In this document: piece by piece, positions 24,145-37,230 of the stretch
Layout: every line of letters begins with the position of its first letter
Position numbering within the stretch: position 1 is the stretch's first letter
Assembly: GCF_001194135.2 (NCBI RefSeq)
Contig: NC_068983.1
Location: 34,162,306-34,226,305 of the forward strand
Direction: 5' to 3'
Source: Octopus bimaculoides
Lineage: Eukaryota
Length of the DNA stretch: 64,000 bases
Made by a program: the position numbers and the translations under genes
The notes under the pieces: model-generated
The model's database searches: none
What the model was told of the DNA's origin: nothing
What the model saw: the letters and a program-made list of their open reading frames with translations, nothing else

Positions 24145-26104
24145 NNNNNNNNNNNNNNNNNNNNNNNNNNNNNNNNNNNNNNNNNNNNNNNNNNNNNNNN
24201 NNNNNNNNNNNNNNNNNNNNNNNNNNNNNNNNNNNNNNNNNNNNNNNNNNNNNNNNNNNNNNNNNNNNNNNNNNNNNNNNNNNNNNNNNNNNNNNNNNNN
24301 NNNNNNNNNNNNNNNNNNNNNNNNNNNNNNNNNNNNNNNNNNNNNNNNNNNNNNNNNNNNNNNNNNNNNNNNNNNNNNNNNNNNNNNNNNNNNNNNNNNN
24401 NNNNNNNNNNNNNNNNNNNNNNNNNNNNNNNNNNNNNNNNNNNNNNNNNNNNNNNNNNNNNNNNNNNNNNNNNNNNNNTTAGTCACGATCTTCTAAGGAA
24501 CTATGGTTAGGTGCCCGCGCTGACGTATTGTTTGCGAGAGATGTAGACGTCACTTTAAATGCACAAGTCCTTATAGTCAAGCAAGACTACAAAACAATAC
24601 CAATTCTCTTGCCTGTTGAAGAAATCAAAATTCACCATCCACAACAGGCAGTCCAGTCACAAAAAATTAGCAGTAAACGTGATTTAAAGGCTCTGCATCT
24701 CCAAATCCTCAAAGACGAATAACAGAAATTGTAACAAATCATAGAAGTTGATGCATCTAAGAAAAATTACCCTGCCCTCACTACCAGGTTCTAAAACACA
24801 TGTACCAGATTACTCAGTCTCAGCTTGCCGAGAATGTTCTGCAACAACAGCGATAAGGGATACTAGGAAATCTCCCAGGAGCATCTATTTTCAGCAGCAT
24901 TAGCTCACAGATTTATGAGAGTGGGTAACATACCGGTGCCACATCAGAAATACAGACCTACTTAAAACTTTAAGCAAACTCAATGATAGCTATAGATAAT
25001 GACTATTACAACGTGCTTAGTCCAAAAATACACTCGTGAAGAGGAGTATGTCTCCTATAAAAGGAAGTTTATGTCTGGTGAAGCTGAATCCATGTCTCGC
25101 TAACAGAAATGTCTCCACACAATCTATAGAATAAACCAAGAAAAATGTAATATTTATATAAAATTCAATGGAACAAACCAAACTAAAATAACAAATTGCA
25201 AAGAAGATAATGTCACGATCTTTTGCAATACACGTGACCGTCACGCTTGTATTCCTCTGTTCTAAATACTTAGACACTAGTGTATAGAGAATATATGCCA
25301 CAATGTTTGAGTTTGAATACAGGCAGTTCTGTAACCCTTATTACGCTCAATCGATACAATATCTCTCAATATGCTAAAGAAAGTTCTTTATTTTCTTAAG
25401 AAGACGGCGACTGATTTGTTTTCTAAATACCCCAGACAAACTTATACTGGGTCCGCATCCGTATGTATTGTTCGAGTAACGATAAATTGTCTTGTATAAC
25501 ATTGTTTTCGAAACGGAATACTTTCCATGAAGATTAGCTGCGACTAGACTCTCCATATCACATATTTGCAGGCAAAATTGGTCTCAACTGCAACGCCATT
25601 TATGTTTTAAAATACGCTTTCACTTGGAAACTGTGCGTTGTTGGTGGTGTGGCTCTTCTTCTTATTGTTCACTGCATAGTTCAAAGTGTTCTGATCATTT
25701 TCTGTAAAGAAAATTAATTTTTTTCTTAATTTAGGTGTTTGCCACTGTCTGCGATGATACATTCCTTTTTTTCCCATCACTTTGTAGCTGAATGCTAACG
25801 TTGTCTTTCTTTCCCTTGTGTGTCGCCATGTTTGCAAAAAAGAAAAACTCTGAAGAGATAACAAACTCTTCAGAACATTGCACTTTTTTTTTCATCTGTT
25901 TTGCATATTCAGTTTGAAACAAAATCCAAAATTGTTCACAATGTCCTGTTCCTAATAATTTGACTGCAGAAAAAAGACTTTCATCTAGAAAACATCACTA
26001 TTATCAGATCTCGAAAAAGTCGTCTTGCTTCATAAAAACAACAACAGCAACAACAGTTGCAGCAAAAAGAAGAACAATAGCAGCAGCAACAACAACAACA
26101 ACGA

Positions 26105-26214
<110 letters not shown>

Positions 26215-26227
26215 GTAATAAGCAATG

Positions 26228-29010
26228 ACTAGAGAAGCTCTTCAAAAATGTGAAAGATGGGGAATATGGCTACATAGAATAAAAGCTGAACAAAAGATAG
26301 TAGAATGACAGATGAATCATCAGAAAGGATGGAATAGTAGAGAGGATGAAAAAGAAGTTTTACTTCAAGGAGGAAAAGGATATTACATGGTAGAAAAGAA
26401 GCTTACTTAAATGCTGAATGAGACACGAAATATGGATGATAATGAGATTATTGACTCAGAAAAATCTGTGTAATACTGCAAAGAGTTTGGACAAGTATCG
26501 ATGAAAATCGTAGTTCAGAATATAGCAGTTATAAAGGACTTCAATAATACATATTCTCTGTTTATGAGAAATTTCTTGGACTAAAACTATCAAGCAAAAG
26601 ACATGGGAAAAAGCTATGGGGAATAATGGTGACACGAGAATCATGTCGTACGGATCAGAAGGTATGTAAAGTTAAATGTTGTTTAATATAGAGAAGAGAA
26701 GATATGGAAAGGAATTCCGAATAATGTATAACATGACATACAAAGGATTACAGGTAGATAAAGGAAAAAAAAACTGAGAAGGATATGACCACATCGGTTG
26801 GAAAAATAAATTACTTCCAGGTGAACAGGCTCTTCAGAAACAATGAAAGGAAATTTTACCATTATTTGAGCAATGAGAATGAACATCAGGAGAATGAGTG
26901 CCGAATGCTGAACCAACCAGGAACATTTGGTCAAATATTTGAGGCAAAGAGATTTAACATAACAGTGAGGCGGACTGGTTACTGAAATTTTAAATGTGAA
27001 ATGGGTAATAGACCAAAGGAAGAAATCTTAAATATTATACGAAAGAATATGAAAAATGCTTTAAAAGATACCAAAGCTGAAAGCTCCAGCACAAAATAGT
27101 ATTCACCGATGATAACTTAGATATCTCACATGCTTGCACAGTTGCATATAACCGTTTCTTACTGAATGTAGTGAAAAGGAAGATAGTCAGTCTTAAAACA
27201 GAATGATAAGGAAACGGGAGAAATTTTAGTAATTATAAGCCTACTACATACTTAAAATCGCTAAGGAAATTACGGAGTGGGCTCACTGTAAATAAACTGT
27301 ATATCTTTCTGGAGGAGAATTTATTGCCAGAAAAATAAAAGTTAGGCAAAATAATCAAAAGAAGCTGCTGATATACTGTATGTCCATAACATCCAACTAA
27401 CTGAAGTAATTAGAATTTAGCTGTCGATTGAGTAAGCTATAAGAAATACGATGACGTACCGTGCTGGTGGCTTTTGTAGTGCCTGCAGTCACCCTGTCAA
27501 TGTGAAAATTAACAGATAATTTTTTTCTTAAAAGGAAATCAATGATAATATGGAATGTAGAACTAAACTGCAGAAATGAATCCTTTGGAAATGTGAAATG
27601 ACGCGCAGACATAACTCATGGAGACTCGCACCCGGCATTACTTTGCATTAATTCCTTTTGACAAACATAAAGAAAAACTCCAAGTCTGTTTATGGGCTTC
27701 CTTAAACTAGAGGGGGGAATATATTACTTTCTATATATGGAAAACTTCAAAATGTATACTAGAAGTGAAATGTCCTGGATTCTATAGTCCACTACGCAAT
27801 AATATTCAGCATTTTGTGCGGTTTATGTTAAGTAATTTTTAACTTCAATTATGAAAAGATAGCGTAAGATTAAGTCTGATGGCATAAAGATATCACAAGA
27901 TATCATTAGATAGCTGAGCGACAGGGAAATATACAAGTACCTACAGGTGCGATAAGATGGTAAGAATATGGAATGAGAAATGAGAGAGAAGATCTCCAAT
28001 GAGTACACAATAATGTGTATGAAGGTGTGCTCGAAAATAAAACTAGAGATAATCTCAGTAAGACAATAAACACTTGGTCTATGCCAGTGTTCAGATTATC
28101 TGCTACTTTTCTTAAACTAAATAGAGATGGAACTATATGGATTTGCTACAGCAATTAGGAAGTTCTTCACAATGTGAAATGCACACTACACTAAATATAA
28201 TATGAACAGACACTGATTAGAAACAAAGAAGGTGGCAAATGTTCGTTAAATGCAGAAGCCACTATTAGTACTGCGATATAGGGTATGAGAAACTAAGTTG
28301 AGCATAGGGGAAATAGAATAATGTTTGCAGCCAGAAATATTGAAAATGTCACTGAAACAGTGAGAGACTCAGTAACTGGGAAAAGAATAACAGCAGATAA
28401 CTGGGAAAAGAAAAGATTATATGGTAAATTCATGCAACAAACAAATGATATCGAAAAGAAAGAAGGTAAAATAAATAACTGAAACGCTGATTACAGCCAC
28501 TCAGAAACAAACCACTGGAATAAATTTAATAAGGAATTGTCCTTATTAAATTAATAAAACTCAGCACATACATGATGTATAGAGAAGGGATAAAGGTATA
28601 AGTTATCTACTCAGTGAATGCAGTAAGCTAGTGCAAAGCAAGTATAAGTACAAGTATAGCTGTGCCCCAAAGTCAGTGTACCGTGTTTGATTGTCTTTGG
28701 CCTTACATCTGTGCAATTCAAATTCATGCGATCAAGAAGTTAGTCAATTCGACGTAATGAGAAAATAGTATGAACATGTGTTGAGATAGTAAAGGGTAAT
28801 TGTTGGAGTTTATGAGATTTCTCCGTATAGTTTGACCATGTTACTGAGGCAAGGAGACCAGATATGATTATAAAAGGTAAAAAAAAAACTATTCTAACCA
28901 AGTCGTATCAGATTTTACAATACCATATTGCCATAACTGGATTTCAAAGAAATTGATGAGAAAATGGAGAAATATCAGCACCAAGACTGAGAGATGAAAA
29001 TATGGCATAT
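26228..29010 (+). mobile_element. Decayed R4/Dong-like non-LTR retrotransposon (RT, CCHC, restriction-like endonuclease)
   Basis: Collinear remnants VNRLFRNNERKFYHYL, NYKPTTYL (cf. NYRPITCL), DSIVH (cf. DSIPH), GIKISQD (cf. GIFQGD), NTWSMPVFRLS (cf. INTWAIPVLRYS), NKEGGKC (cf. RKEGGRG), WEKKRLYGKF, TETLITATQ, LSECSKLVQSKY, RPDMII and EKMEKYQ...KIWHM. Confidence 0.8.
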
Positions 29011-29159
29011 GTATTGACTAGTTGACGTTGATTATGATGATGATGATGATGATGACGATGATGACGACGACGACGACGACGACGACAGTGACGACGACGA
29101 CGATGATGATGATGTTGATGACCAACTTCAACAACAAAGAAACAACGATAAAAAAAAAT

Positions 29160-29325
29160 AACCATATTGTGATATGAGATTAAAGTTCGACTTGGGGAAA
29201 AATGCGTCACGGCAACTTTGAAGAGATGAAAATTAATTAAGAATACTAATATCTTGCTAGATAAAGAAAGTGAGATAAGAGAATTACACCAAACGCAGAC
29301 ACTCGAATACTTAGAAATCAATCAG
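29160..29325 (+). mobile_element. Separate R4/Dong-like RT fragment
   Basis: CDMRLKFDLGKNA..TLKR..LIKNTNILLDKESEIRELHQTQTLEYLEIN (cf. DIGMKFGLDKC..LKRGK..IRELE..YKYLGI); out of order relative to the element upstream. Confidence 0.6.
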
Positions 29326-29997
29326 CTAGAGTGTGCAGCGCACACATGAATGTTACAGACGCATTAGATAAGTATTTAAGCAAGCAGCTAAATAAATGAA
29401 AAAAAATCAGGTTAAAAACATATTTAAGCTCACCCATTAATCTGTAACAGTTATAATATTAAGAAATAGGACTTTAAATGTCAAAGTTAGAAAAAACAAG
29501 CAAAACTGACTACATTTAGAATACTCCACCCAGAGTTTGGCATAAAAAGATATCTACTACAATTTTAGATTGGGTGGTGCTGTACCCATTAAAAAAAAAA
29601 CAACCCTTACAAAATATTCACTGTAGGACTAAATACAAATACCTGACTCAGAGTGTTTAAAACGGAATATTATATTTACGAAACACAAACGATGAAAACA
29701 GTTTTTTTATTGTTTCCTGTTTTTTTGTTTTTTTTTTTGGCTAAGGAAGACAATAATAACAAAAAGAGAAGGTATTGTGATGACAAAGCGGAAACGAGAA
29801 GTTTAGGAAAAACTAAAATCTAAGCTAAACTCGTGAAGAGATAAACACAATCAAAAAGGCACAATGAAGACAACATAAGGCCTCACAAGCATGTGACATC
29901 CGCTTCTTAGAGAAAGAAGTTAACTTCAATATAGACAGGAAAATCCTTGAATACGGCACATGATAAAATATTCTCCTCTATTTACTCCAAAGGCATA

Positions 29998-30837
29998 TGC
30001 GGCGTGGTATCAAAAAGGTTCTGGATGAGTTTTGCAGTGCGCCAACAGATGATATCACACGGTTACGCGCGCAGTAAGAGCCAGCTGTGACCTTCATTAG
30101 GCAGTGTGCCGAGTAACATTGCAATGTTTACTTTACAAGTGAAATTTGTGTTTTTGTGATCACATATATGGTGTAGTGTGCGATATTTTTTCAAGGACGG
30201 GAACAAAATGACAACGTGAAATTGCGTGTTAAACATAAGAAGTCTGCTACAGAGACATTGAGCATTTTTGGGCAAACTTACTGCAATGAAGACAACATAA
30301 GGNNNNNNNNNNNNNNNNNNNNNNNNNNNNNNNNNNNNNNNNNNNNNNNNNNNNNNNNNNNNNNNNNNNNNNNNNNNNNNNNNNNNNNNNNNNNNNNNNN
30401 NNNNNNNNNNNTCGAGAATTTGTCACCCAGGGCCAGAACGTTAATAGAGAGTTTGGGAGAGGACATTCGGCGAAAGCACCGGGATCTACGGAGCGCGAAG
30501 AACTGGATTCCTCACGACCACCCTGTCACCGAATTCTTCTCACGCGTGAGTTTCTTGTCCAAAACAACATTGTGTCGCCTCCACGCAGAAACTATTCGCT
30601 AGAATTAGCGCCTGCAGACCTCTATCTCTTTTCCAAGAGAAAAATGTAGCTCAAGGATCGCTGTTTTAACACCGTTGTCGAGAACCAGAGTGAATCGCAG
30701 AAGGTCCTCCACTCGCTTACGGATTCCAAAAGTGGAAGGAACGCTAGGACCGGTTTATTGCTGCGGATGGTGACTATTTCGAAGCAGATGATGTTAAAAA
30801 TTACTAGTCCTTGAACGTTTTGATAGATGTCACCTCG
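29998..30837 (+). mobile_element. Mariner (DD34D-type) transposon, decayed
   Basis: TIR-like ends with TA flanks. Remnants KLRVKHKKSATETLSIFGQTY, EFVTQGQNVNRE, IRRKHRDLRSAKNWIPHD, ELAPADLYLF and DRFIAADGDYFE. Confidence 0.85.
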
Positions 30838-30873
30838 TATAAGAGCATAGGCATAATATATGGAGCTGCATAC

Positions 30874-30939
30874 CGTGCTGTTAGCGAAGGTTTAACAACA
30901 TCGTTGTGCACAAAACGTGAATACAAGAAGTGAAACTTC
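30874..30939 (-). CDS. Putative 66-nt coding exon (phase 2 to 2)
   Basis: Acceptor CATTTCTCGCTCTGCCTTGAAG|, donor CACG|GTATGC. Only one frame is open: (R)KFHFLYSRFVHNDVVKPSLTA(R). Confidence 0.5.
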
Positions 30940-31269
30940 CTTCAAGGCAGAGCGAGAAATGCAATTTTCCAGTAGGTAAGAGGTTTTAAATAGGATCGAT
31001 TATATTGAAATTGGTAAAATTAAAAATTGTCGAAGATAAATCAAATTTATTATTGTTACTGAATATGTTAGTGTTATTTAATTTCCGAACGGTTTTGCCG
31101 CCGTTTGTTTGTGCAGTATGACTTCTTTATCCATCAGTTTCTACTAAGATAGAGACGCGAGTAAATTCAAATTTAGATAATCGAAATTAAAACTTTGGAA
31201 ACAGCAACAAACAAGATGACAAATATCCGTTAAATGTAAATAATGTAATAATGATATTAATGGGAAGAG

Positions 31270-31271
<2 letters not shown>

Positions 31272-31324
<53 letters not shown>

Positions 31325-31362
31325 AGAAGGAGGAGGAGGAGGAGGAGGAGGAGGAGGAGGAG
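31272..31362. repeat. (AGT)n(AGG)n compound microsatellite
   Basis: Directly visible. Confidence 0.95.
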
Positions 31363-31389
31363 AGAATAAATTGAAAGCATAATATCTGT

Positions 31390-32400
31390 AACAAAGACAA
31401 CTTATTGTTCCAAGGGAAAGTGACGTGGACTAAAAGGCTATGAACAGCTCAATAATTAATAATTCTAAATACAGATTCAAGTTTTGAAACTATAAGATGT
31501 ATCGAAGGAAAAGTTGAAATAGATTAGGCGATCTGAAGGAATTTGGTAACGATGCCAAGAAGAATTACCATCATAATGCTGAATCAGAAAGAGAAGACTA
31601 TCATTGAGAGGAAGGAAGTTAATGATATTTAGAGAAAGACAATGACCAGTATCAGTAACATCAATGACCTGTTAAGTTCTGATGACTCAGTTATCACAGA
31701 AATTCTAGGTATTCAACTTGAAAGTCAAAGATCAAAGAAAAAATTAAAGAGAGGATAGCTATGCGGAAAATAAAAATTGGAAAATATGTAAAAGTCCTAA
31801 AAATTTGCCGTTTTGTATTGACAAATGGTGCCATGGTTGTAATAAAGAGATGATAAAGAGGAAATTACGGGAGGATCTGCCTTTGAGATAACAAGGAAAT
31901 AGAAGAAGTGAGTGAATTAAATATTTAGGCACATTGCAGGATAAGGTAGGGAAACCTCAGAAAATTAAGATTAATGATAGGAGAAAATATAAATGGAATA
32001 CCAAGATTTTTTAAAGAAATTTAAATGGAATGGACATTATTACTGAGATAGTCATCAGGGCATTACAAATATTGAGATATTGTGCATCCTTCGTTCGGTT
32101 AAATTTAAAAAAAAGTAATGAAATGGATAATCACATCAAACAAGAGATAAAGAACAATGGGCTTCGTGCATTCGATAGTTAGAAGATGAGAAGAAAAGAG
32201 AAAGACGAATATATATCAATGGAACATTGTACACTTTGCCGTTGTAGGGCAACATATACAAGAACAGAGAAAAACCAAACGCAAATAAATCAACACAAGA
32301 AAAGACTATAAAATAGAATAAATAGACAAAATATATTTTGAAAGAAAAACTGGTCAATCGAAAGTTAGATAAAGTAAAGGACTAATTGAGGCACAAAAAG
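31390..32400 (+). mobile_element. Very decayed R4/Dong-like LINE fragment
   Basis: Faint remnants RALQILRYCAS (cf. WAVPVLRYSAG) and GLRAFDS...KRRIY (cf. GALHPKSDVDRLY). Confidence 0.4.
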
Positions 32401-33444
32401 ATATTATTCTAATAGAGAAAAATAGTAAAATACGTGGGATTGTATGTTTTGTCGTGACACGTCACTTCAGAGGCTAACAGAATAAAACAGACACCGCTTT
32501 ACAATAAGCATAGTTGATCATATATTTGAGAAAACGCTTTATAACTGAGAGCAAACTTAACCCATTCGTAAAATCTCTGATAACAATATTAAACCATTTT
32601 TTTAAAAATAAGACATTGGACATTAGATCTGGATAGAACGATAGAGTGTCTTTCACAAGGCAGGAAATCTACGAAAGTTAAGGTGATTCCTACGAAAAGC
32701 TCAAAACATTAATGATTGGAAAAAATTAAGGATTAAAATGTGTATGATAGTATTGTTTGACAAAAACCTTGAATGAATTTTGGGCGAGAAGTGTAGTGGA
32801 ATAAATTTAATACTCTATTTAAACAAGAAAATTAAATCGTAACAGATCATAGTTACAAATGGACATTATATTCAGTGTTACATTTCCATTCACAATTCAA
32901 CGATTTTTTCAAATCAATGACCAAAATAATGTTTTCTAATACAGACGAAATAAACGTACACTATAGCATTATCATTAATTTTTATCTTGGTGTCCTATGT
33001 CACAAATCTTTCGCTACACATCTTGTGAACCCTTCAACGTGACTCCTGTTTCCTTTATTCAATTATCTATTTGTTTCGCAGGATTCCAGATCTGGAGTTG
33101 TGTGCTGAAACAGATACTGTTATATTTTGGGATGGGAATATTTTGGCCAGTTAACCACACGCACTATATCGTTGGTCTTCATTTCAGCTTTATTATTATT
33201 GATTTACTAGCTGGCCCCATGCCGTCAAAAATGAAGGCTAATTGTAGTATTTTATATATAAATAAGGTTTTTAGTTTAATTATTCTTTTACTACCAAACT
33301 TAAAATATATCGTTCAATATATATATATATAAATCTCAGCGTAGCAAAAATATTTAGAAATTCTTTTTGCTACCAGTGGTCTAGCCAGAAGAGAAAAAAA
33401 AAACTAGTCAATAGACTATATATTATTCATATAAATACATACAG

Positions 33445-33577
33445 TATACATTTAAACACATAAGAGAGATGTCCATAATAGGACATCTAACCACAATTAA
33501 TTGTGGTTTGAAGTTTGCTACTTCTAGCGGGTTAGATGTCCTATTATGGACATCTCTCTTATGTGCTTAAATGTACA
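33445..33577. repeat. Near-perfect 48-bp inverted repeat with nested palindromes
   Basis: Arm 33445-33492 TATACATTTAAACACATAAGAGAGATGTCCATAATAGGACATCTAACC against the reverse complement of 33530-33577: 2 mismatches, 37-nt spacer. Confidence 0.92.
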
Positions 33578-34913
33578 CTACACACACACACACACACACA
33601 CATANNNNNNNNNNNNNNNNNNNNNNNNNNNNNNNNNNNNNNNNNNNNNNNNNNNNNNNNNNNNNNNNNNNNNNNNNNNNNNNNNNNNNNNNNNNNNNNN
33701 NNNNNNNNNNNNNNNNNNNNNNNNNNNNNNNNNNNNNNNNNNNNNNNNNNNNNNNNNNNNNNNNNNNNNNNNNNNNNNNNNNNNNNNNNNNNNNNNNNNN
33801 NNNNNNNNNNNNNNNNNNNNNNNNNNNNNNNNNNNNNNNNNNNNNNNNNNNNNNNNNNNNNNNNNNNNNNNNNNNNNNNNNNNNNNNNNNNNNNNNNNNN
33901 NNNNNNNNNNNNNNNNNNNNNNNNNNNNNNNNNNNNNNNNNNNNNNNNNNNNNNNNNNNNNNNNNNNNNNNNNNNNNNNNNNNNNNNNNNNNNNNNNNNN
34001 NNNNNNNNNNNNNNNNNNNNNNNNNNNNNNNNNNNNNNNNNNNNNNNNNNNNNNNNNNNNNNNNNNNNNNNNNNNNNNNNNNNNNNNNNNNNNNNNNNNN
34101 NNNNNNNNNNNNNNNNNNNNNNNNNNNNNNNNNNNNNNNNNNNNNNNNNNNNNNNNNNNNNNNNNNNNNNNNNNNNNNNNNNNNNNNNNNNNNNNNNNNN
34201 NNNNNNNNNNNNNNNNNNNNNNNNNNNNNNNNNNNNNNNNNNNNNNNNNNNNNNNNNNNNNNNNNNNNNNNNNNNNNNNNNNNNNNNNNNNNNNNNNNNN
34301 NNNNNNNNNNNNNNNNNNNNNNNNNNNNNNNNNNNNNNNNNNNNNNNNNNNNNNNNNNNNNNNNNNNNNNNNNNNNNNNNNNNNNNNNNNNNNNNNNNNN
34401 NNNNNNNNNNNNNNNNNNNNNNNNNNNNNNNNNNNNNNNNNNNNNNNNNNNNNNNNNNNNNNNNNNNNNNNNNNNNNNNNNNNNNNNNNNNNNNNNNNNN
34501 NNNNNNNNNNNNNNNTATATACACTTGGATCTTGCATGCAGGTATTCGAATTTTACGCCATCGATCATTAGAGTGAAAGCGGAATAACAGATATGTTTAT
34601 GCGTTTTCCAGAACATTTCGGCCACTGCCTCAAAATGTGAATTCTGAGCGTAGATATTTGGTGGAAAATGAAAGGCAAGTGTATGTGTGAATATTATACA
34701 TTCTAAGGCAGTCGTTGAGAAGCGGATCGACGGAAGGTTGTCGAATTTTATATGCTAATTGACCTTCGAAAAACAAAGCTGTGTGTTGATAATAAATTGT
34801 AACGGCTTTCTTTTCGCTTTCAAGCGTTCATATTTGCTCCTGTCACACACATTTCTGTGAAACCTCGAAATTATGACTGTGGTTAGTTTTCATACAAATG
34901 CACTTGCGTTTAC

Positions 34914-34958
34914 CTCAGATATTCAATAGTCAATCCGGATAAGAAACATCCCACGACC
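34914..34958 (-). CDS. Putative 45-nt coding exon (phase 2 to 2)
   Basis: Acceptor TTATGTTTTTCTATAG|, donor TGAG|GTAAAC. Only one frame is open: (R)VVGCFLSGLTIEYL(R). Confidence 0.5.
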
Positions 34959-35779
34959 CTATAGAAAAACATAAGGCGACAATGGGAGTCCAGTGATAAT
35001 GTCTTTTAGATATCATTGACCATTTTATATTCTGAGCCTGCATATATTTATGGAATACCATAGTACTCCTAAGTGCCATATTTGTTCGGCGAAGAAGGTC
35101 TCCAGTTTAGAAATGGAGTAAAAACTAAGAATGAACTACACGAAATCAAATATTGAATTAGGGATTATAAACAAGATACAGCTTCGTGAAATTCCACTAT
35201 TACGATAAATGACGTGAAAGTTAATTATGAAACCCCATAAACAAACCACAATCGGTATAACCAAAAGCACACAAAAAATATTGATGGTCTATAATAAAAC
35301 ACAGCTCGAATAACTTCCAAACACTAAATCCCTTTGGACAAACTCTACCCATTCAACTTAGTTAACTACAAATCACCTGTAACATGACAAAATTTCCGTT
35401 GTAATTATATGACCGATCATTTTAAAATCTATCATTGAATTAATATTTAAAGCAAAAGTAATTGTATCCCATATTTTTTTATTATTTATGCCTATACGCA
35501 CGCACACATTAGAACTGCTCAAAATCTTAGTTACATAACATCTCAATTTGTCAACATATTTTCGTTCTTTACCATTCATTTATTCCCCACAGACATACTA
35601 ATAGTATCATAAATTTCATAAATTAATAATCTTTGCAAGCATATATATCTCCATAGTCGATTTTATAACTCATCATTTGGATGAAAACATTTTGTTATAA
35701 ATACATATTTACTACTACATTACTTTGTGAAAGAACTACTCAAATAACGTTCAATAATCTTTGCATTTCTAGTTACAGA

Positions 35780-36410
35780 CGTACCTGTGTGGTTGAGAAG
35801 TTCACTTTATAACTACGTGATTTTGGGTCCATTCTTATTGCGAAGCACCTTGGGCAAGTATCGTCTACTATAAGCCTTCTAGTGAATTTCGTTCGAGGAA
35901 ACTACGTGGAAGCCCGTCATTTATATACCGTTGTTTTCATGTTAAACTGTCATATGTCCAAATTTGTCCAAATGCGTTCTTTTTTTAATATTTATTTTTG
36001 CTTGCAATTGCCAGTTTTTCGTCAAACTATCGTATCTCCAGCTGCTCCAAATGCCAAGAATTCAAATATTGTCAAAATGTAGTACAACGGTTTTGCTATA
36101 GAATGATAAAACTCTGTTTTCATTTTCTGAAAAAGCAATGTTTTGGCCTTACGACAATTTTGCAGGAACGATATATATACATACATGTATGAGTATGTGT
36201 CTGTGTGTGAATGTGTAGTTTTGTTTGCCCTCTCATATGACTTGAAAACTGCTGTAGGTTTGTTTACATCTCCCGTAGACTTAGCGGTTCGGAAAAAGTT
36301 ATCGATAGAATAAATACCATACTTACAAAGACAAGTCCTGGAGGTGATTTGTCCAACTATTCCCTTCAATACAATATCCCAGTATGGTTGCAATCCAATG
36401 ACTGAAAGAA
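35780..36410 (+). mobile_element. SINE type B remnants (head 35780-35925, tail 36185-36410)
   Basis: GCACCTTGGGCAAGTATCGTCTACTATAAGCC...GGAAGCCCGTC, then the tail ACTTAGCGGTTCGGAAAAAG...GATAGAATAAATACC...CCAGTATGGTTGCAATCCAATGACTGAAA. Confidence 0.65.
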
Positions 36411-36714
36411 ATATACAATGCACATAAATTTATATATACTTGTAAGTGTATTTACGTCTATTTACCTCTACAAGCAATTTTTGAAACAAATAATTTTGAC
36501 ACCTGATTACGAAATTTAATGTACACTAAAATAAACACATGCAATCTGTAACATTTAACGTTTTGAAATTTCGTAGAAAGTGTATATTAGACAACAACAT
36601 CGAAGTTTGAATTCAAAATTTTCATCCAAATACGAAAGTTTTTTTTGGATATTAATGCCTCACACGAAACTTTAAATTTTATACATACACATACACAAAC
36701 AGGCGTGACGACAA

Positions 36715-36998
36715 TGAATGTTACAGTAGATCCGATCCACTGAACAACCTGTTTGTAAAATCAATGTGCAATCCACAGAGGCACGTGTCCTTAATATAGT
36801 TCTCAGGGAGATTCAACGTGACAGAGAGTGTAAAATGGCAGGTCATTTGGATTAGAAGTGCATCTCACATTTGCCAGCTAAATGGACTTCAGTAACGTGA
36901 AATAAAGTGTCTTGCTCAAGGCCACACCACGCTTCCGAAATCGAACTCATAACGTTAAGATTGTGAGCCGAATACCGTAATTACTGCGCCACGTATCT
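36715..36998 (-). mobile_element. tRNA-headed SINE (type C)
   Basis: Reverse complement starts GTGGCGCAGTAATTACGGTATTCGGCTCACAATCTTAACGTTATGAGTTCGATTTC (A/B-box-like) and contains the central CCTTGAGCAAGACAC motif. A related fragment lies at 46540-46690. Confidence 0.7.
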
Positions 36999-37084
36999 TC
37001 GCCATACACATAAACACATGCACAAATATATACATAATGCATATATCTGTGTGTATACAAAAATATATAGGAATATATTGTGAA

Positions 37085-37230
37085 AAAATAATAAAAAATT
37101 CGAAGACAAGGTAAAGAAAGAAGCATAGTGTATTAGCTTTACACTGAGGAAAAATAGAAGGAAGTCTTTTACGTCTCGAGCATACGCACTTCTACAGACA
37201 ACGTAGAGAAAAGATGGAGAACGAAACGTG
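37085..37230 (-). repeat. Degenerate copy of the 58105-58300 Penelope-type terminal repeat
   Basis: Reverse complement CTGTAGA A GTGC-GTAT-GCTC GAGA CGTA AAAGACTTCC aligns to 58171-58212. Confidence 0.55.

Noticed and set aside
24500-24960. Possible Gypsy RNase H remnant (IIEVDASK)
   Set aside because: A single short motif with no other LTR-element features; too weak.
29870-30302. Repeated 19-mer CAATGAAGACAACATAAGG at about 29870 and at the edge of the 30303 gap
   Set aside because: The second copy abuts an N gap and may be an assembly or gap-fill artefact; no structure can be inferred.
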